Part shown: positions 9,001 to 19,706 of the stretch, one piece after another
How the letters are laid out: every line of letters begins with the position of its first letter
Position numbering within the stretch: the stretch's first letter is position 1
Source: a virus
DNA: 64,000 bases
IMG/VR virus record: IMGVR_UViG_3300050821_000359
Location: 3,265 to 67,264 of that record
Strand: one strand, 5' to 3'
Translations under genes and position numbers: made by a program
Notes under the pieces: model-generated
What the model was told of the DNA's origin: nothing
What the model saw: only the letters and a program-made list of their open reading frames with translations
Databases searched by the model: none

Positions 9001-9533
9001 ACATTACTGGTCAAAAATTTGGCAGACTTGTTGTAATTGGTCGTTCTTTCAAAAAGTATAAAAACGAACAACCTCATTGGGAGTGCCGATGCGATTGTGG
9101 AACAATGCGAAGAGTCTACCAAGGTAGTTTGACAAGAGGCATAACCGTATCTTGCGGTTGCTATCGAAATGAGCGAACAGGTAATGTTAAAAGATTAAGA
9201 CCATTTGAAGGTTTATATAACATTTTAGCAAGTAACACTCGTGACGGCAAGGTAAGTTGTGAATTGACTTACGAAGAGTTTTTAGAGTTTACTAAAATAA
9301 CAAAATGTCATTATTGCGGTGATGACATAACATGGTACGAATTTAATACAGCTAAAAACGGAAGCGGTTATAATATAGATAGAAAAGATAATGCAATTGG
9401 CTATAATAAAGGCAATTGCGTTGTAAGTTGCGGGATATGTAACTGGCTAAAGTCTAAATTTAATTATGAAGAATTTCTACAGCAAGTTCAAAAGATAGCG
9501 AGATACCAGAATGAACGAAATTGTAAGAATTAA
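8985..9533 (+). CDS. free-standing HNH homing endonuclease
   Basis: DITGQKFGRL...CRCDCG...SCGC N-terminus; CHYCG, IDRKDN..GY..GNCVVSC..CN. Confidence 0.85.
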   Translation: MYKKLDITGQKFGRLVVIGRSFKKYKNEQPHWECRCDCGTMRRVYQGSLTRGITVSCGCYRNERTGNVKRLRPFEGLYNILASNTRDGKVSCELTYEEFLEFTKITKCHYCGDDITWYEFNTAKNGSGYNIDRKDNAIGYNKGNCVVSCGICNWLKSKFNYEEFLQQVQKIARYQNERNCKN

Positions 9534-10497
9534 ATTCGGAAGCCACTTGTACGGGACTAACACTCCTAGCAGCGATGTTGATTACAAAGCTGTCCACATC
9601 CCACCAGCTTCCGATATTCTGCTACAGAGGGTCCGTGAATCTATTAAGACCGGACCCTCTAAAGGCGAAGGGGAAAAGAATAATCCGGGAGACATTGACT
9701 GCGAATCATACTCTTTACAGAGATTCTTACAGTTATTGGCAAAGGGAGAGACTGGACCCATCGACATGCTGTTCGCACCAAATCCAGAAAAGAAAACCCA
9801 TATCTGGAAAGAAATTATTAGTAATAGACACAGACTTCTTACTAAGAAGAGTGCAGCTTTTGTAGGGTATTGTCGTACACAAGCTAACAAGTATGGGATA
9901 AAAGGGTCTAGAGTAGCTGCTGCTAAAGCTGCTATGGAGGCTTTTACATCTATTAGTAAGTGGGGTTTCGCATTACACAAGGTAGGGGAATTTACCGAGC
10001 ATCTACCGACCGGGGAGCACTCACAAACAGTAGTAAAAGAGACTACTCCCGGTAAATTTGAAACCTATTACGAATGTTGCAACCGGATGGTAGGTTTTAA
10101 GAATACTATCAAAGAGGCTGCTAAGATTTTTACAACCATCTATGAAGAGTACGGACACAGGGCTAGACTAGCTGAAAGCAACGAAGGAATCGACTGGAAG
10201 GCTCTTAGTCATGCTGTCCGAGTTGGTGACGAAGCTATTGAATTGTTAATGACCCATAAAGTCACCTTCCCGTTAGTTCGTGCGGAACATATTAAGCAGA
10301 TCAAACTAGGACAAATTCCTTACAAGCAGGTAGCAGAAGAAATTGAAGAGTTTCTATTAAAGGTAGAGAAGGCTTCTGAACTGTCTGACATGCGCGAAGA
10401 ACCTGACTATCAATGGATTGACGAATTTGTAGAAAAGATTTATGCAAAAGTAGTTTACGATAAGTATGTAGGTTTCGAGGAATATGGAAATAATTAA
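9511..10497 (+). CDS. Pol-beta superfamily nucleotidyltransferase (RlaP-like)
   Basis: GSHLYGTNTPSSDVD; DWKALSHAVR. Confidence 0.85.
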   Translation: MNEIVRIKFGSHLYGTNTPSSDVDYKAVHIPPASDILLQRVRESIKTGPSKGEGEKNNPGDIDCESYSLQRFLQLLAKGETGPIDMLFAPNPEKKTHIWKEIISNRHRLLTKKSAAFVGYCRTQANKYGIKGSRVAAAKAAMEAFTSISKWGFALHKVGEFTEHLPTGEHSQTVVKETTPGKFETYYECCNRMVGFKNTIKEAAKIFTTIYEEYGHRARLAESNEGIDWKALSHAVRVGDEAIELLMTHKVTFPLVRAEHIKQIKLGQIPYKQVAEEIEEFLLKVEKASELSDMREEPDYQWIDEFVEKIYAKVVYDKYVGFEEYGNN

Positions 10498-11176
10498 TAA
10501 AATTCCTGCTATTGTTGGAGAAATACAAGCAGGAGAAGCTAAGAAAATAAGAAAGCAACTAGAGCAGTTGATTGCAAAGGTTAACAATTCAGCTTTTGAT
10601 ATTGCTATTTTGTTGCATGAAATTAGAAAAAACGGATATTATCAGGAATTCGGCACATTTACTGAATATATTAAGACTTTATCTCTAAAACCTCGTAAAT
10701 GCCAATATTTAGAAAAGATAGCATCGACTATGGAAGAACTGTCTATTCCTAGAGAGAAGTATGAAGGGCTAGGTATAGCGAAACTAAGGGAAATTACTAG
10801 TCTTGATCTTAGTCAGACATGGACTAACCCTGAGACTAACGAACAGACTCCTGTCAAACTCTTTGTAGAAGGCTTTATCGACAAGGGTCAAGATATGACT
10901 CTTGATGAGATTAAGCAACATGTAAAAACTTTAAAGGGACTAACCGGGGAGGATTCGCTCATTTGGCTAAATTTCTCAATCAAGCAATCAGTGCTTGACA
11001 ATACGGTTCGTCCTGCCCTAGAATTAGGGAAGTTAAACATTGGTTCTACGGGGAAAGACGACGACGGAAATAGTTTTGATCCGTCAGATGGACGAGCGTT
11101 AGAGGCAATAGCTGCTGAATATATTACTAATCCGGCTAATAACCCGTATCAGGAGTTAGAGAATAGTGACGTTTAA
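10484..11176 (+). CDS. hypothetical helical protein (DUF3102-like N-terminus)
   Basis: LLHEIRKNGYY..FGTFTEY pattern. Confidence 0.45.
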   Translation: MEIINKIPAIVGEIQAGEAKKIRKQLEQLIAKVNNSAFDIAILLHEIRKNGYYQEFGTFTEYIKTLSLKPRKCQYLEKIASTMEELSIPREKYEGLGIAKLREITSLDLSQTWTNPETNEQTPVKLFVEGFIDKGQDMTLDEIKQHVKTLKGLTGEDSLIWLNFSIKQSVLDNTVRPALELGKLNIGSTGKDDDGNSFDPSDGRALEAIAAEYITNPANNPYQELENSDV

Positions 11177-11360
11177 ATCAGTAACCATAGCAGCCGGTGC
11201 TTGGCTTATGCCTATCCTGTTTCTAGTAGGACTAGGGGTAATGCTAGTAGTCGGACATTTAGTTGGCTGGTCGTTAGTAACAGTATTTTTTACGTATTCG
11301 ATAGGATGGTTAATAGGTTATGTTACTGATTCGTTTACAGAATACTATCTTGAACCTTAA
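11166..11360 (+). CDS. small membrane protein
   Basis: Two hydrophobic helices. Confidence 0.5.
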   Translation: MTFKSVTIAAGAWLMPILFLVGLGVMLVVGHLVGWSLVTVFFTYSIGWLIGYVTDSFTEYYLEP

Positions 11361-11399
11361 ATGGTTTGTTGTTAATTATGGATCGTTTATTCCGGTGCT

Positions 11400-11657
11400 A
11401 TGGAACTTTATAAAGTTAAATGCTTTTTACGTGATAAGTTTAGGTGTCGTAGTTGCAATAACATGAACAACATAACTTGTCATCATCTTATTTATAGATC
11501 ACAAGGTGGGACAAACGATCTAAACAATGTTATAACACTTTGTAATAGCTGTCATGACGGCCATCACCGTAAGAAGTTACTGATAACAGTTATCAGGATT
11601 ATGGAAGAAGATTGCATAGTAAGATTTGAAAGGAAATCTGGATGGAAACCGACTTAG
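11400..11657 (+). CDS. small HNH endonuclease
   Basis: RDKFRCRSC...HHL..RSQGGTNDLNNVITLC.SCH. Confidence 0.85.
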   Translation: MELYKVKCFLRDKFRCRSCNNMNNITCHHLIYRSQGGTNDLNNVITLCNSCHDGHHRKKLLITVIRIMEEDCIVRFERKSGWKPT

Positions 11658-11666
11658 AGAGGAGTA

Positions 11667-12251
11667 ATGAAATGCTGTACTAAGTGCAATCTATTTAAAG
11701 ACGATTCTGAGTTCTATATAAGAAAAACAGGAAAACTGTATTCGTGGTGCAAGGATTGTACTAAACAGTATGCAGAAGAAAACCCATCAAATACCGCCAA
11801 AAACCCGGAATGGATCGCGGCTTACAGATTAAAAAACAGAGATAGGTTGATAGCTAATCATAGAAAATCTAGGGCCAATAACTTACCCAAACGAAGAAAC
11901 ATTGAGAAGAAATGGGCAGCAAAAGACAGACAAGAAAACCCCGGCAAATACTTAGTACATCAGGCAAGAGCAAGAGCTAGAAAGAAAGGTCTGCCATTTA
12001 ATTTAGAAGGCACTGTCGATATTCCAGATTTTTGCCCAATTCTTAACATACCTCTGTTCAAAGGTATTAAGAAACATGGACCAAATTCACCTAGTTTAGA
12101 TCAAATAGTTGCTGGAAACGGTTATACAAAAGACAATTCTCAAGTTATTTCATATAAAGCTAACACAATGAAGACCGATGCTTCGCCCGAAGAACTAATT
12201 CGTTTTGCTAATTGGGTGCTAAAAACTTATGTTAAGACCTTACCAGACTAA
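11667..12251 (+). CDS. HNH-like homing endonuclease with N-terminal zinc finger
   Basis: CTKC...CKDC; CPIL, SPSLDQI..GYTKDN..VIS..AN..K. Confidence 0.8.
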   Translation: MKCCTKCNLFKDDSEFYIRKTGKLYSWCKDCTKQYAEENPSNTAKNPEWIAAYRLKNRDRLIANHRKSRANNLPKRRNIEKKWAAKDRQENPGKYLVHQARARARKKGLPFNLEGTVDIPDFCPILNIPLFKGIKKHGPNSPSLDQIVAGNGYTKDNSQVISYKANTMKTDASPEELIRFANWVLKTYVKTLPD

Positions 12252-13866
12252 AGCTATACAATTAATTCGTAACAAACACATTGCCGGGGTTTCTCGGCAA
12301 TTGTTGTGTATGGCTACTGGAACCGGTAAATCGGTAGTTTTTGCTAATCTTCCCAAAGAAATGCAAGATATTTTGCCCGGCCAGACCATGCTGTTAGTGC
12401 ATCGAGACGAATTGGCGAAACAAGCTGTTGAACACTTTAGAAGCATAAATCCAACTTTAACTGTTCAACAAGAAGCAGGAGCACTAATTTGTGACGCATC
12501 CATAGCCGACATAGTAGTAGCCAGTGTTCAAACTTTGGGAAGACAAGGGACCATTCGCACCAACAAATTTAACTGGAATAACATATCCAGACTAATTGTT
12601 GACGAAGCTCATCGTAGTATCACTAATAGCTATAAACAAGTTTTTGATGTGGGTGGCTATCTAAAAGATAACAAACGTTTGCTATTAGGTTGTACAGCAA
12701 CCCCCGTTAGGGGCGACGGACAAGGACTTAACGAGATATACCAAGCTATCCCTTTTACGTATTCTCTTAGACAAGCAATAGATGATGGTTGGCTGGTAGA
12801 TGTTAAGGGTATACGAGTAAATACTAAAGTCAGTTTAGATCAGGTTAGTACGAAGGGCGGCGAATACGACGAAAAAGAGTTAGCAGAAGCTATCGATACA
12901 CCTTGGAGGAATGCTCTTGTTGCAAAAAGTTATCTGGAACATTGTGAGGGAAGACAGGCTATTGGGTTTTCCGTTAATATCCTTCATGCGCAGAATCTTG
13001 CTGAAACATTTAAGAAGAAAGGTATTAACGCGGAGTGGGTATCCGGCGTGGACCCGGAGAAAGACGACAAGATCAGCCGCTTTAGAAAGGGTCAAATAGA
13101 TGTTCTGTTTAACGCTCAGTTACTTGTCGAAGGGTTTGACTGTCCACCTATCTGCTGTGTTATAATGGCAGCACCAACTAAAAGCGGCGTTGTTTTCAGC
13201 CAAAGGGTAGGAAGAGGAACGAGGTTATTTGATGGTAAGACTGATGTTATTGTCCTTGATATGGTTGATACTTCTGTCCGTCATAGCTTAATTACTTTAC
13301 CAACTCTATTAGGATTACCTTCTAAACTAGACCTAAAAGGAACTTCGCTAACAAAAGCTATTGAGAAGATCGAAGAGATTCAAAAGAAGTACCCACATCT
13401 AGATTTTACAACGTTAGACGATATTACTAAAGTTGATAGTTGGGTTACTAACGTTAATCTTTTCGAGGTTAAGATACCGGCTGAAATAGATGCTAATAGC
13501 GAATTTATATGGCACCCTACAGCAATCGGCGGGTATGTATTAATGCTTCCTGACAAAGATGAAATCAGGATCAGTCAGAATCTTCTTGATATTTGGGAAT
13601 TACGTGGTAAGATAAAGGGGAAGTCTTATAAAGGTGAGAGGAATACGCTGGAAGAAGCTTTAGCAGCAGCCGATAAATTGGTTATGGACGTGGCTCCGGA
13701 TGTACTAAAAATTGTCCAGAAAGAAGCTAAATGGCACAAAGACCCGCCTACACCCGGTCAGTTAAAGTTGTTAAAGAAATTGTATAAGAATAAGCAAATA
13801 CCGGATAACCTAACAAAAGGTTCGGTCAGTAAATTAATAGGATCAGCGTTAGCTGGAAAGGAATGA
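12229..13866 (+). CDS. superfamily 2 DEAH-box helicase
   Basis: LRPYQ, ATGTGKS, DEAH, TATP, EGFD, QRVGRG.R. Confidence 0.95.
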   Translation: MLRPYQTKAIQLIRNKHIAGVSRQLLCMATGTGKSVVFANLPKEMQDILPGQTMLLVHRDELAKQAVEHFRSINPTLTVQQEAGALICDASIADIVVASVQTLGRQGTIRTNKFNWNNISRLIVDEAHRSITNSYKQVFDVGGYLKDNKRLLLGCTATPVRGDGQGLNEIYQAIPFTYSLRQAIDDGWLVDVKGIRVNTKVSLDQVSTKGGEYDEKELAEAIDTPWRNALVAKSYLEHCEGRQAIGFSVNILHAQNLAETFKKKGINAEWVSGVDPEKDDKISRFRKGQIDVLFNAQLLVEGFDCPPICCVIMAAPTKSGVVFSQRVGRGTRLFDGKTDVIVLDMVDTSVRHSLITLPTLLGLPSKLDLKGTSLTKAIEKIEEIQKKYPHLDFTTLDDITKVDSWVTNVNLFEVKIPAEIDANSEFIWHPTAIGGYVLMLPDKDEIRISQNLLDIWELRGKIKGKSYKGERNTLEEALAAADKLVMDVAPDVLKIVQKEAKWHKDPPTPGQLKLLKKLYKNKQIPDNLTKGSVSKLIGSALAGKE

Positions 13867-14174
13867 TGGCTCACGATTTTGAGATTAGTCAGTTTCAATT
13901 CGATGTGTTAAAGAAGTTATACGATTCTAAGACGCCGGTCATTGTTGCGATGGAGCCAAAGGACAGTGACCCTGAGAAAGATCGTCATGCTATTATTTTC
14001 CACCAAGTACAGTATGACGATCTTGTTAAACACAATCTTTTCAAAGATGTAACAGAAATGTTTAAAGGAAAACTTGATAGTAAAGTGCTAGAAGGTAGAG
14101 GGTACAAAGTTTATTCTGTTACTAACCAAGCTATCGAGATTATGTCCTTATATGCGAAGGGAGTTGTTCAATGA
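13863..14174 (+). CDS. hypothetical protein
   Basis: Coupled ORF, 103 aa. Confidence 0.55.
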   Translation: MMAHDFEISQFQFDVLKKLYDSKTPVIVAMEPKDSDPEKDRHAIIFHQVQYDDLVKHNLFKDVTEMFKGKLDSKVLEGRGYKVYSVTNQAIEIMSLYAKGVVQ

Positions 14175-14339
14175 ATAGAAACTCTGAGGTACTAGCAGAT
14201 TTTGTGAAATACTGTCAGGAACACCCTGACGAACGATTTTGGCAGGCTATTAGAAATTGGAGCGGTTACTTCAAAGTTGTTGTGGGACCGACCACTATGG
14301 ACGAAGGTTTAGATACTTTTTATTGGGAAGGAAAACGGC

Positions 14340-15488
14340 ATGAAAGCTAATCACCAAGTAAACATTGTCAAAATTGATACTATCCTGCCACACACCAACG
14401 CGGATAATCTTGAGATTATCAAGGTAGGAGAATATCAGGTAGTTTCTAGGAAGGGTCAGTTTGTTATTGGATCACTAGGAGTTTACCTACAACCGGATTC
14501 GGTCGTTCCGCAAACCGAGGCGTTTCGTTTTATCTGGGGAGACTATTATGCTGAACCGCCAATGCACGGTGCTGTGACTGTTCCTGAGAAGAAACGGCGA
14601 ATTACTGTTAGAAGGTTTAGAGGAGAATGGTCAGAGGGACTGTTACTACCTGTTAGTGATTTTGATGAACTTGTTGATAGTACATTGACTAGACATTTTG
14701 TAGAATCGGATCATCCGGTTGGAAAAGATGTTAGCGAACTTTTAGGAATTATTCACTATGATCCTGATAAAGAACTTAGAGGCGACGATCAGGCTGCTCC
14801 TAAACGGAAGAGACGTTATCCGAAGACTCTCAGGGGATGGATTAATTTCCTATTAGCTAAGTTGAGTTTTAGGAATCGGGAGAAGTTCTTAGCTGGAACT
14901 GACAGTCTAGGTATTCCATCCTATGATGTTAATGCTTTAAAGAATTATCCTAATACCTTTCAGGATGGAGAACTAGTTTCCGTTACTGAGAAGATACATG
15001 GAAGTAACGCACGATACGTTTTTATTGATGGAGTAATGTATGCGGGGTCGAAAAACTACTGGAAGGCGCAAGACTCTAGCTGTATATGGCGCAAGGCAAT
15101 CGTTGCGAACCCTTGGATTCGTCAATGGTGCGAGTCACACCCTGAGTATGTGCTTTACGGCGAAGTCGGAGCAAGTCAGAAGGGTTTCGATTACGGACAC
15201 AAAGCCGATGACCCATTCTTCTTCGTCTTCGACGTAAGGCTTCCTAACGGCAAATGGGCTGACGAGAATACGCCAGAAGGCTTGCAGGCTCTTATGTCTT
15301 TGCAGCCTTATTGGGTGCCAGAACTGTACAAGGGACCGTTTGACAAGGAAACTGTTAAAGCTTTGTCAACAGGACCGTCAACAGTCATGAAAGCAAAGCA
15401 TATTAGAGAAGGTGTAGTAGTTTCTGCTGTTGCTCGAAGGGCTAAGTTAAAGGTGGTATCGAATACGTTTCTAGAAAAGGATAAGTAA
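14340..15488 (+). CDS. RNA ligase, Rnl2/DRB0094-like with N-terminal OB-like domain
   Basis: PHTNADNLE, RFRGEWSEGL, motif I EKIHGSN, YGE, FVFD, REGVV, KLK. Confidence 0.9.
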   Translation: MKANHQVNIVKIDTILPHTNADNLEIIKVGEYQVVSRKGQFVIGSLGVYLQPDSVVPQTEAFRFIWGDYYAEPPMHGAVTVPEKKRRITVRRFRGEWSEGLLLPVSDFDELVDSTLTRHFVESDHPVGKDVSELLGIIHYDPDKELRGDDQAAPKRKRRYPKTLRGWINFLLAKLSFRNREKFLAGTDSLGIPSYDVNALKNYPNTFQDGELVSVTEKIHGSNARYVFIDGVMYAGSKNYWKAQDSSCIWRKAIVANPWIRQWCESHPEYVLYGEVGASQKGFDYGHKADDPFFFVFDVRLPNGKWADENTPEGLQALMSLQPYWVPELYKGPFDKETVKALSTGPSTVMKAKHIREGVVVSAVARRAKLKVVSNTFLEKDK

Positions 15489-15739
15489 TGGAATCTAAAT
15501 TGGTTACAGGAAAAGACTTACGGGTAGAAATTCGTCATACAACTTCCGGCAAAAGTAAAAAGCACAAATGGAACGATCACGCACAATTTCTTTTGATCGT
15601 GTACCCAGATGGACAAATGCGCTTCTCAGCCAATGGGACCGTTGTGTTTAGCCGAGAGCTATTGGAAAAGATTGACGACGAAATAGAAGAGGCACAGGCA
15701 GCATTGTTTAAAGAATTAAAGGGATTAAATGGAATCTGA
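15488..15739 (+). CDS. hypothetical protein
   Basis: Coupled ORF. Confidence 0.55.
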   Translation: MESKLVTGKDLRVEIRHTTSGKSKKHKWNDHAQFLLIVYPDGQMRFSANGTVVFSRELLEKIDDEIEEAQAALFKELKGLNGI

Positions 15740-15887
15740 AAAAGAAGCGCATCTATGTGAGAAATGCGGTGCAATTGTTTGGAACAAAACACTGCACGAA
15801 GAGTATCATGAAGAAATAGGAAAATATCAACGTTACGTAAACTTATTTAGACCAAAGCCGCGCCCTCACCGTAACGCAGGAGGATAG

Positions 15888-16430
15888 GTGATACCTGATC
15901 AATTAGAAATTTTGGAAGGCTACTGTCAATGTGGTTGTGGCAACAAGACCACCATTAGCAAAAGAACTGATCCCAAACGAGGAAATGTTGAAGGACAACC
16001 GGTCAAATGGGTTACCGGACATAGCAGAAATAGAGCCAAAGGACCAGAATATATCGTTAATCCAGATACCGGCTGTTGGGAATGGCAATTGTCTTTAAAT
16101 AATAACGGATACGGTAGAAAAGTCTGTGGACAAAGTATTTACGCACATATCTATTATTATCAACAAAAATACGGAGACATTCCTAAAGGACTAGAACTAG
16201 ATCATAAATGTAAGGTTAGACACTGTTGTAATCCCGATCATCTAGAACCCGTTACACATACTATAAACATGAGACGTAGCGCAAGAACCAAATATACAGA
16301 AGAAACTGTCAAATACATCCGACAATTAAAATCAGAAGGATTAGGTTCTAGAAAAGTCTCTAAACTTCTAGGAATTCCTAGAAACACTGTCGCTTTTATC
16401 ATGTCTGGGAGACTTTGGAAAAATGTCTAA
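15888..16430 (+). CDS. HNH homing endonuclease with C-terminal HTH
   Basis: CQCGCG; GCWEW, GYG, LDHKC..RHCCNPDHLEPVT...N. Confidence 0.9.
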   Translation: MIPDQLEILEGYCQCGCGNKTTISKRTDPKRGNVEGQPVKWVTGHSRNRAKGPEYIVNPDTGCWEWQLSLNNNGYGRKVCGQSIYAHIYYYQQKYGDIPKGLELDHKCKVRHCCNPDHLEPVTHTINMRRSARTKYTEETVKYIRQLKSEGLGSRKVSKLLGIPRNTVAFIMSGRLWKNV

Positions 16431-18423
16431 TATTGATGAAAAGTATTCTGGAAGCATTGCCTTACAATTTGTTATTAGCCAAGGATGGAATTGGAAACCT
16501 GCAACATACCCAAACATTGAAATTGAGTGTTGCCCGAAGTGTGCGAAAAATTCCTACGGCCATTTCTACATGGAATGTCGAGGACCGCAAGACCCGCAAA
16601 AACAACGCGACTCACTCTTCCTTTGTCAGAAATGCGGTTTCTCTGGTAACTTACTCACTTTAAAGCAATTTTTAAATATAGGTATTTCTGAAGTATCTTC
16701 TCAGAAGGATTGGGCAGCTAGTCAAAAGAAGATCGACATTCTGCCGAATGTTGACAAGTGTCACGAAGCCTTGTTAGCAGACGGGGATGCTCTCGATTAT
16801 TTAATGAATATTAGAGGATTCTCTAAAGACATTATCAAACAACAGAAACTAGGGCTGACAAAGCATTACTTCAAGAGCACTGGAGAAGTAAGAGCGTTAG
16901 TTTATCCTTACCTATTAAACGGTAATCAGATTTGGGCGCACTACCGAACCTTGCCCGATCCTAACAATCTTTCTAAGGTTCCTAAAGACTTTGCTAGTCC
17001 TGCTGGATGGGACGCTACTTTGTATAATATCGGAGTGCTTTCACCCGAAGTCAAAGAATTGGTCATGGTTGAGGGCGAGGCAAATTGTATTGCAGCTTTG
17101 GATAAAGGTATTCTGGACATATGTGGGGTTCCGGGGGCTAACGTTCGCAAAGCAGAATGGATTGACAAGTTAGACACAGTTGAAAAGGTTTACATCTGCT
17201 ATGATACAGATAAAGTTGGACAACGAGCAGCACAGGCTATCGCTAGTAAAGTTGGTATTGAAAAATGCTATAAGATTGTACTTCCATCCTTTGATGTGGT
17301 TACTGAATCTGGTGAGACAAAAAAGGGTAAAGACCTTAATGAGTGGTTTTTAAATGGAGGAACAAAAGAAACTTTCGAGCAATTAAAGTTAGAAGCAAAA
17401 CTTTTTGACGTGGATGGTGTCACTAATTCTAGCGATGCATTAGAAGAATTTGAAGAAGAACTGGACGGTAAAGGTGCCGGTCAGAAGTATGTTTGGCCGA
17501 TGGTTGGAGATATTATCCAGTTTGATGAAGGCGACTGCATACACATTTTGGCCGAAGAAAAAGTAGGAAAGACGAAGTTCGCTATGAACCTATTAGAGTA
17601 CATGGTAGGAGCATACGACGAAAACGGTGTTAACATTTGTCTAGAAATGACTCGTCCCAAGCAAGCTAGAATGTGGGTCAGTCATAAGAGTGGGGTAGCT
17701 GATAACATCCCTAAGACACCAGAAGAGGCACAGTATCTTACAGATCAATTCAAGTCAGTTATCCCTGTTGTTAAAGATATGGTAGCAAATAGAAAAGGAG
17801 AGCTATTCTTTTGCTCCCCTAAGTACCATTCGGCTGACGACATTTACAAGTTGATTATTGATTGTATCCGTAGATATGGCGTCAAGTGGATTGTGCTTGA
17901 CAATTTGCAGAGATTGTGCGATACTACTATTGGTGGTAAAAACAGGACACAATACCTTTCTGAGATTAGCAAGCGGCTGTCACAGATTTGTAAAGAATAC
18001 CTAGTACAGATTATCCTGATTTTACAACCTAACAGAGTTAGTGAAAACAAATTAACAGCCGTTTCTAACGTGGACGGTGCTTCACAAGTCGCCAAGGACT
18101 GCGACGGGCTACTTATTCTCAACTGTAACAAAATAGGGGAAATAAGTAAAGATATGCTGGCTCAGGGCGGATTTATTCAGACTGAAGGCACGTTCAGTCC
18201 CGAAGTCTTAGTAACCGCCGCGCTTAGTCGCTATTCCGCTGGTGGGTCAACGATGTTGTACTTTGATAGAGCTACAAGTACAGTCTACAAGTTAACTGAA
18301 GGAAAAATTGCTGCTATGACGGCAAAAGCTAACGCCGGTATCGGATACGCCGAACAAGCTAAAGCTATGAACATGCCGTTAGACGCTTTAAAGGATGTAA
18401 TAAACACTGATATAATTGTATGA
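16423..18423 (+). CDS. primase-helicase (T7 gp4/Twinkle-like)
   Basis: Zn finger CPKC..CQKC; TOPRIM VEGE, YDTD, KDLNE; Walker A VGKT, LEM, VLDNL, QPNR. Confidence 0.9.
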   Translation: MSNIDEKYSGSIALQFVISQGWNWKPATYPNIEIECCPKCAKNSYGHFYMECRGPQDPQKQRDSLFLCQKCGFSGNLLTLKQFLNIGISEVSSQKDWAASQKKIDILPNVDKCHEALLADGDALDYLMNIRGFSKDIIKQQKLGLTKHYFKSTGEVRALVYPYLLNGNQIWAHYRTLPDPNNLSKVPKDFASPAGWDATLYNIGVLSPEVKELVMVEGEANCIAALDKGILDICGVPGANVRKAEWIDKLDTVEKVYICYDTDKVGQRAAQAIASKVGIEKCYKIVLPSFDVVTESGETKKGKDLNEWFLNGGTKETFEQLKLEAKLFDVDGVTNSSDALEEFEEELDGKGAGQKYVWPMVGDIIQFDEGDCIHILAEEKVGKTKFAMNLLEYMVGAYDENGVNICLEMTRPKQARMWVSHKSGVADNIPKTPEEAQYLTDQFKSVIPVVKDMVANRKGELFFCSPKYHSADDIYKLIIDCIRRYGVKWIVLDNLQRLCDTTIGGKNRTQYLSEISKRLSQICKEYLVQIILILQPNRVSENKLTAVSNVDGASQVAKDCDGLLILNCNKIGEISKDMLAQGGFIQTEGTFSPEVLVTAALSRYSAGGSTMLYFDRATSTVYKLTEGKIAAMTAKANAGIGYAEQAKAMNMPLDALKDVINTDIIV

Positions 18424-18926
18424 CAGAACGACAGAAGATTAACCAAGTAATTAGTAAATTGCGAAACGATTGGCCTACTACTCCAGAAGAGTGTAAGACA
18501 TATGGAATACGTCTTTGCAAATATAGCCGATCTGGTGCGTATAGATATGTCTATAAGGTGTGGGGTTTGCCACTTGTTATCAAATTTCCACAAAACGATG
18601 ACGACAAGATACATGCTATTCAGGAATGGATAGTTTATAATAAACTGAAATTCTGTGATAGGTATAGGAAATTAAAGAAGTACATGCCTACCATTTACTA
18701 CTTTAACATGAAGACCGGGGTAAGTGCTATGCGGTATTATAAGGTGCTTGGCGAGTCAAATTGGCGTAACTCTAATAAATACGATAAATCTAGAAGCCTT
18801 TTAGAGAAACGAGTTAAAAAGATTTATAAACACGCAAACGATGTTGACAATTCGGGCAACGTAGCAAGGGATAAAAACGGACAGCTAAAGATAATAGATT
18901 TAGGCTGCTTCGATGAGGTTTGGTGA
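18420..18926 (+). CDS. minimal protein-kinase-fold protein
   Basis: SGAYRYVY, VIKFP, E, D...GN, KIIDLG. Confidence 0.65.
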   Translation: MTERQKINQVISKLRNDWPTTPEECKTYGIRLCKYSRSGAYRYVYKVWGLPLVIKFPQNDDDKIHAIQEWIVYNKLKFCDRYRKLKKYMPTIYYFNMKTGVSAMRYYKVLGESNWRNSNKYDKSRSLLEKRVKKIYKHANDVDNSGNVARDKNGQLKIIDLGCFDEVW

Positions 18927-19312
18927 CAGCAAAAGAACGAGCAAAGGATGCTAGATTAAAAAGAGAATACCATATAACCCTTGCAGAATTTAATAAGGTT
19001 CTAGCATATCAGAATAACTGTTGTGCAATTTGTAAGAAAAGATTTGGTAAGAAGGGTCAGAAATTAATACTATCAGTTGATCACTGTCACACAACGGGGT
19101 TATGTCGTGGCCTGCTCTGTTGGCCTTGCAATAAAGCTATAGCAATTTTTCAAGATGATGCGAAGAGAATGGCGGCAGCTTCGCAGTACATACTTAATCC
19201 GCCGTTTACTGTCGTTCTGGGTGCTCCTAGAGTCACCGCGCCGGGGAAGGTAGGAACCAAAATAAGAGCCAAAAGGTTACTAAAAATGGCTAGGGAAAAG
19301 AATGGGGCTTAG
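18920..19312 (+). CDS. endonuclease VII-like nuclease
   Basis: Q..CCAIC, VDHCHTTG..RGLLC..CN. Confidence 0.9.
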   Translation: MVTAKERAKDARLKREYHITLAEFNKVLAYQNNCCAICKKRFGKKGQKLILSVDHCHTTGLCRGLLCWPCNKAIAIFQDDAKRMAAASQYILNPPFTVVLGAPRVTAPGKVGTKIRAKRLLKMAREKNGA

Positions 19313-19706
19313 AAAGGAAGAGAGAGTACACCGCAATAAGAAAAGTTTTGATGAAATCCTTGGTGATCCTTATGCCTTGGAACTGTTGCAAGGACAATTT
19401 GAACTATTAAAGAATAGTACAGATGCAAAGAACGGTCAATTGCAAAAAGGAAAAGGTGCTCGACCCAACATCGTAGATTTTTTTATAGATGTTGAACATG
19501 CAGTAATAGATGGGTTGAAAAAGTATACAGGACAGGAAGAAATTCCTAAAGACATTGAGCAATTGTTTTACAACACATATGTACTAGAGACTGAGCCAAT
19601 ATTTACTCAACAAGAACGAGCGAAAGTTGAGCAAGCAATTGGCAGTATTTTTAGAAAGCGCAGTATCAGTCCGATAGGGCGCTACTTCACAGTCATAAAA
19701 CAGTAG
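19302..19706 (+). CDS. hypothetical protein
   Basis: 134-aa coupled ORF. Confidence 0.55.
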   Translation: MGLRKEERVHRNKKSFDEILGDPYALELLQGQFELLKNSTDAKNGQLQKGKGARPNIVDFFIDVEHAVIDGLKKYTGQEEIPKDIEQLFYNTYVLETEPIFTQQERAKVEQAIGSIFRKRSISPIGRYFTVIKQ

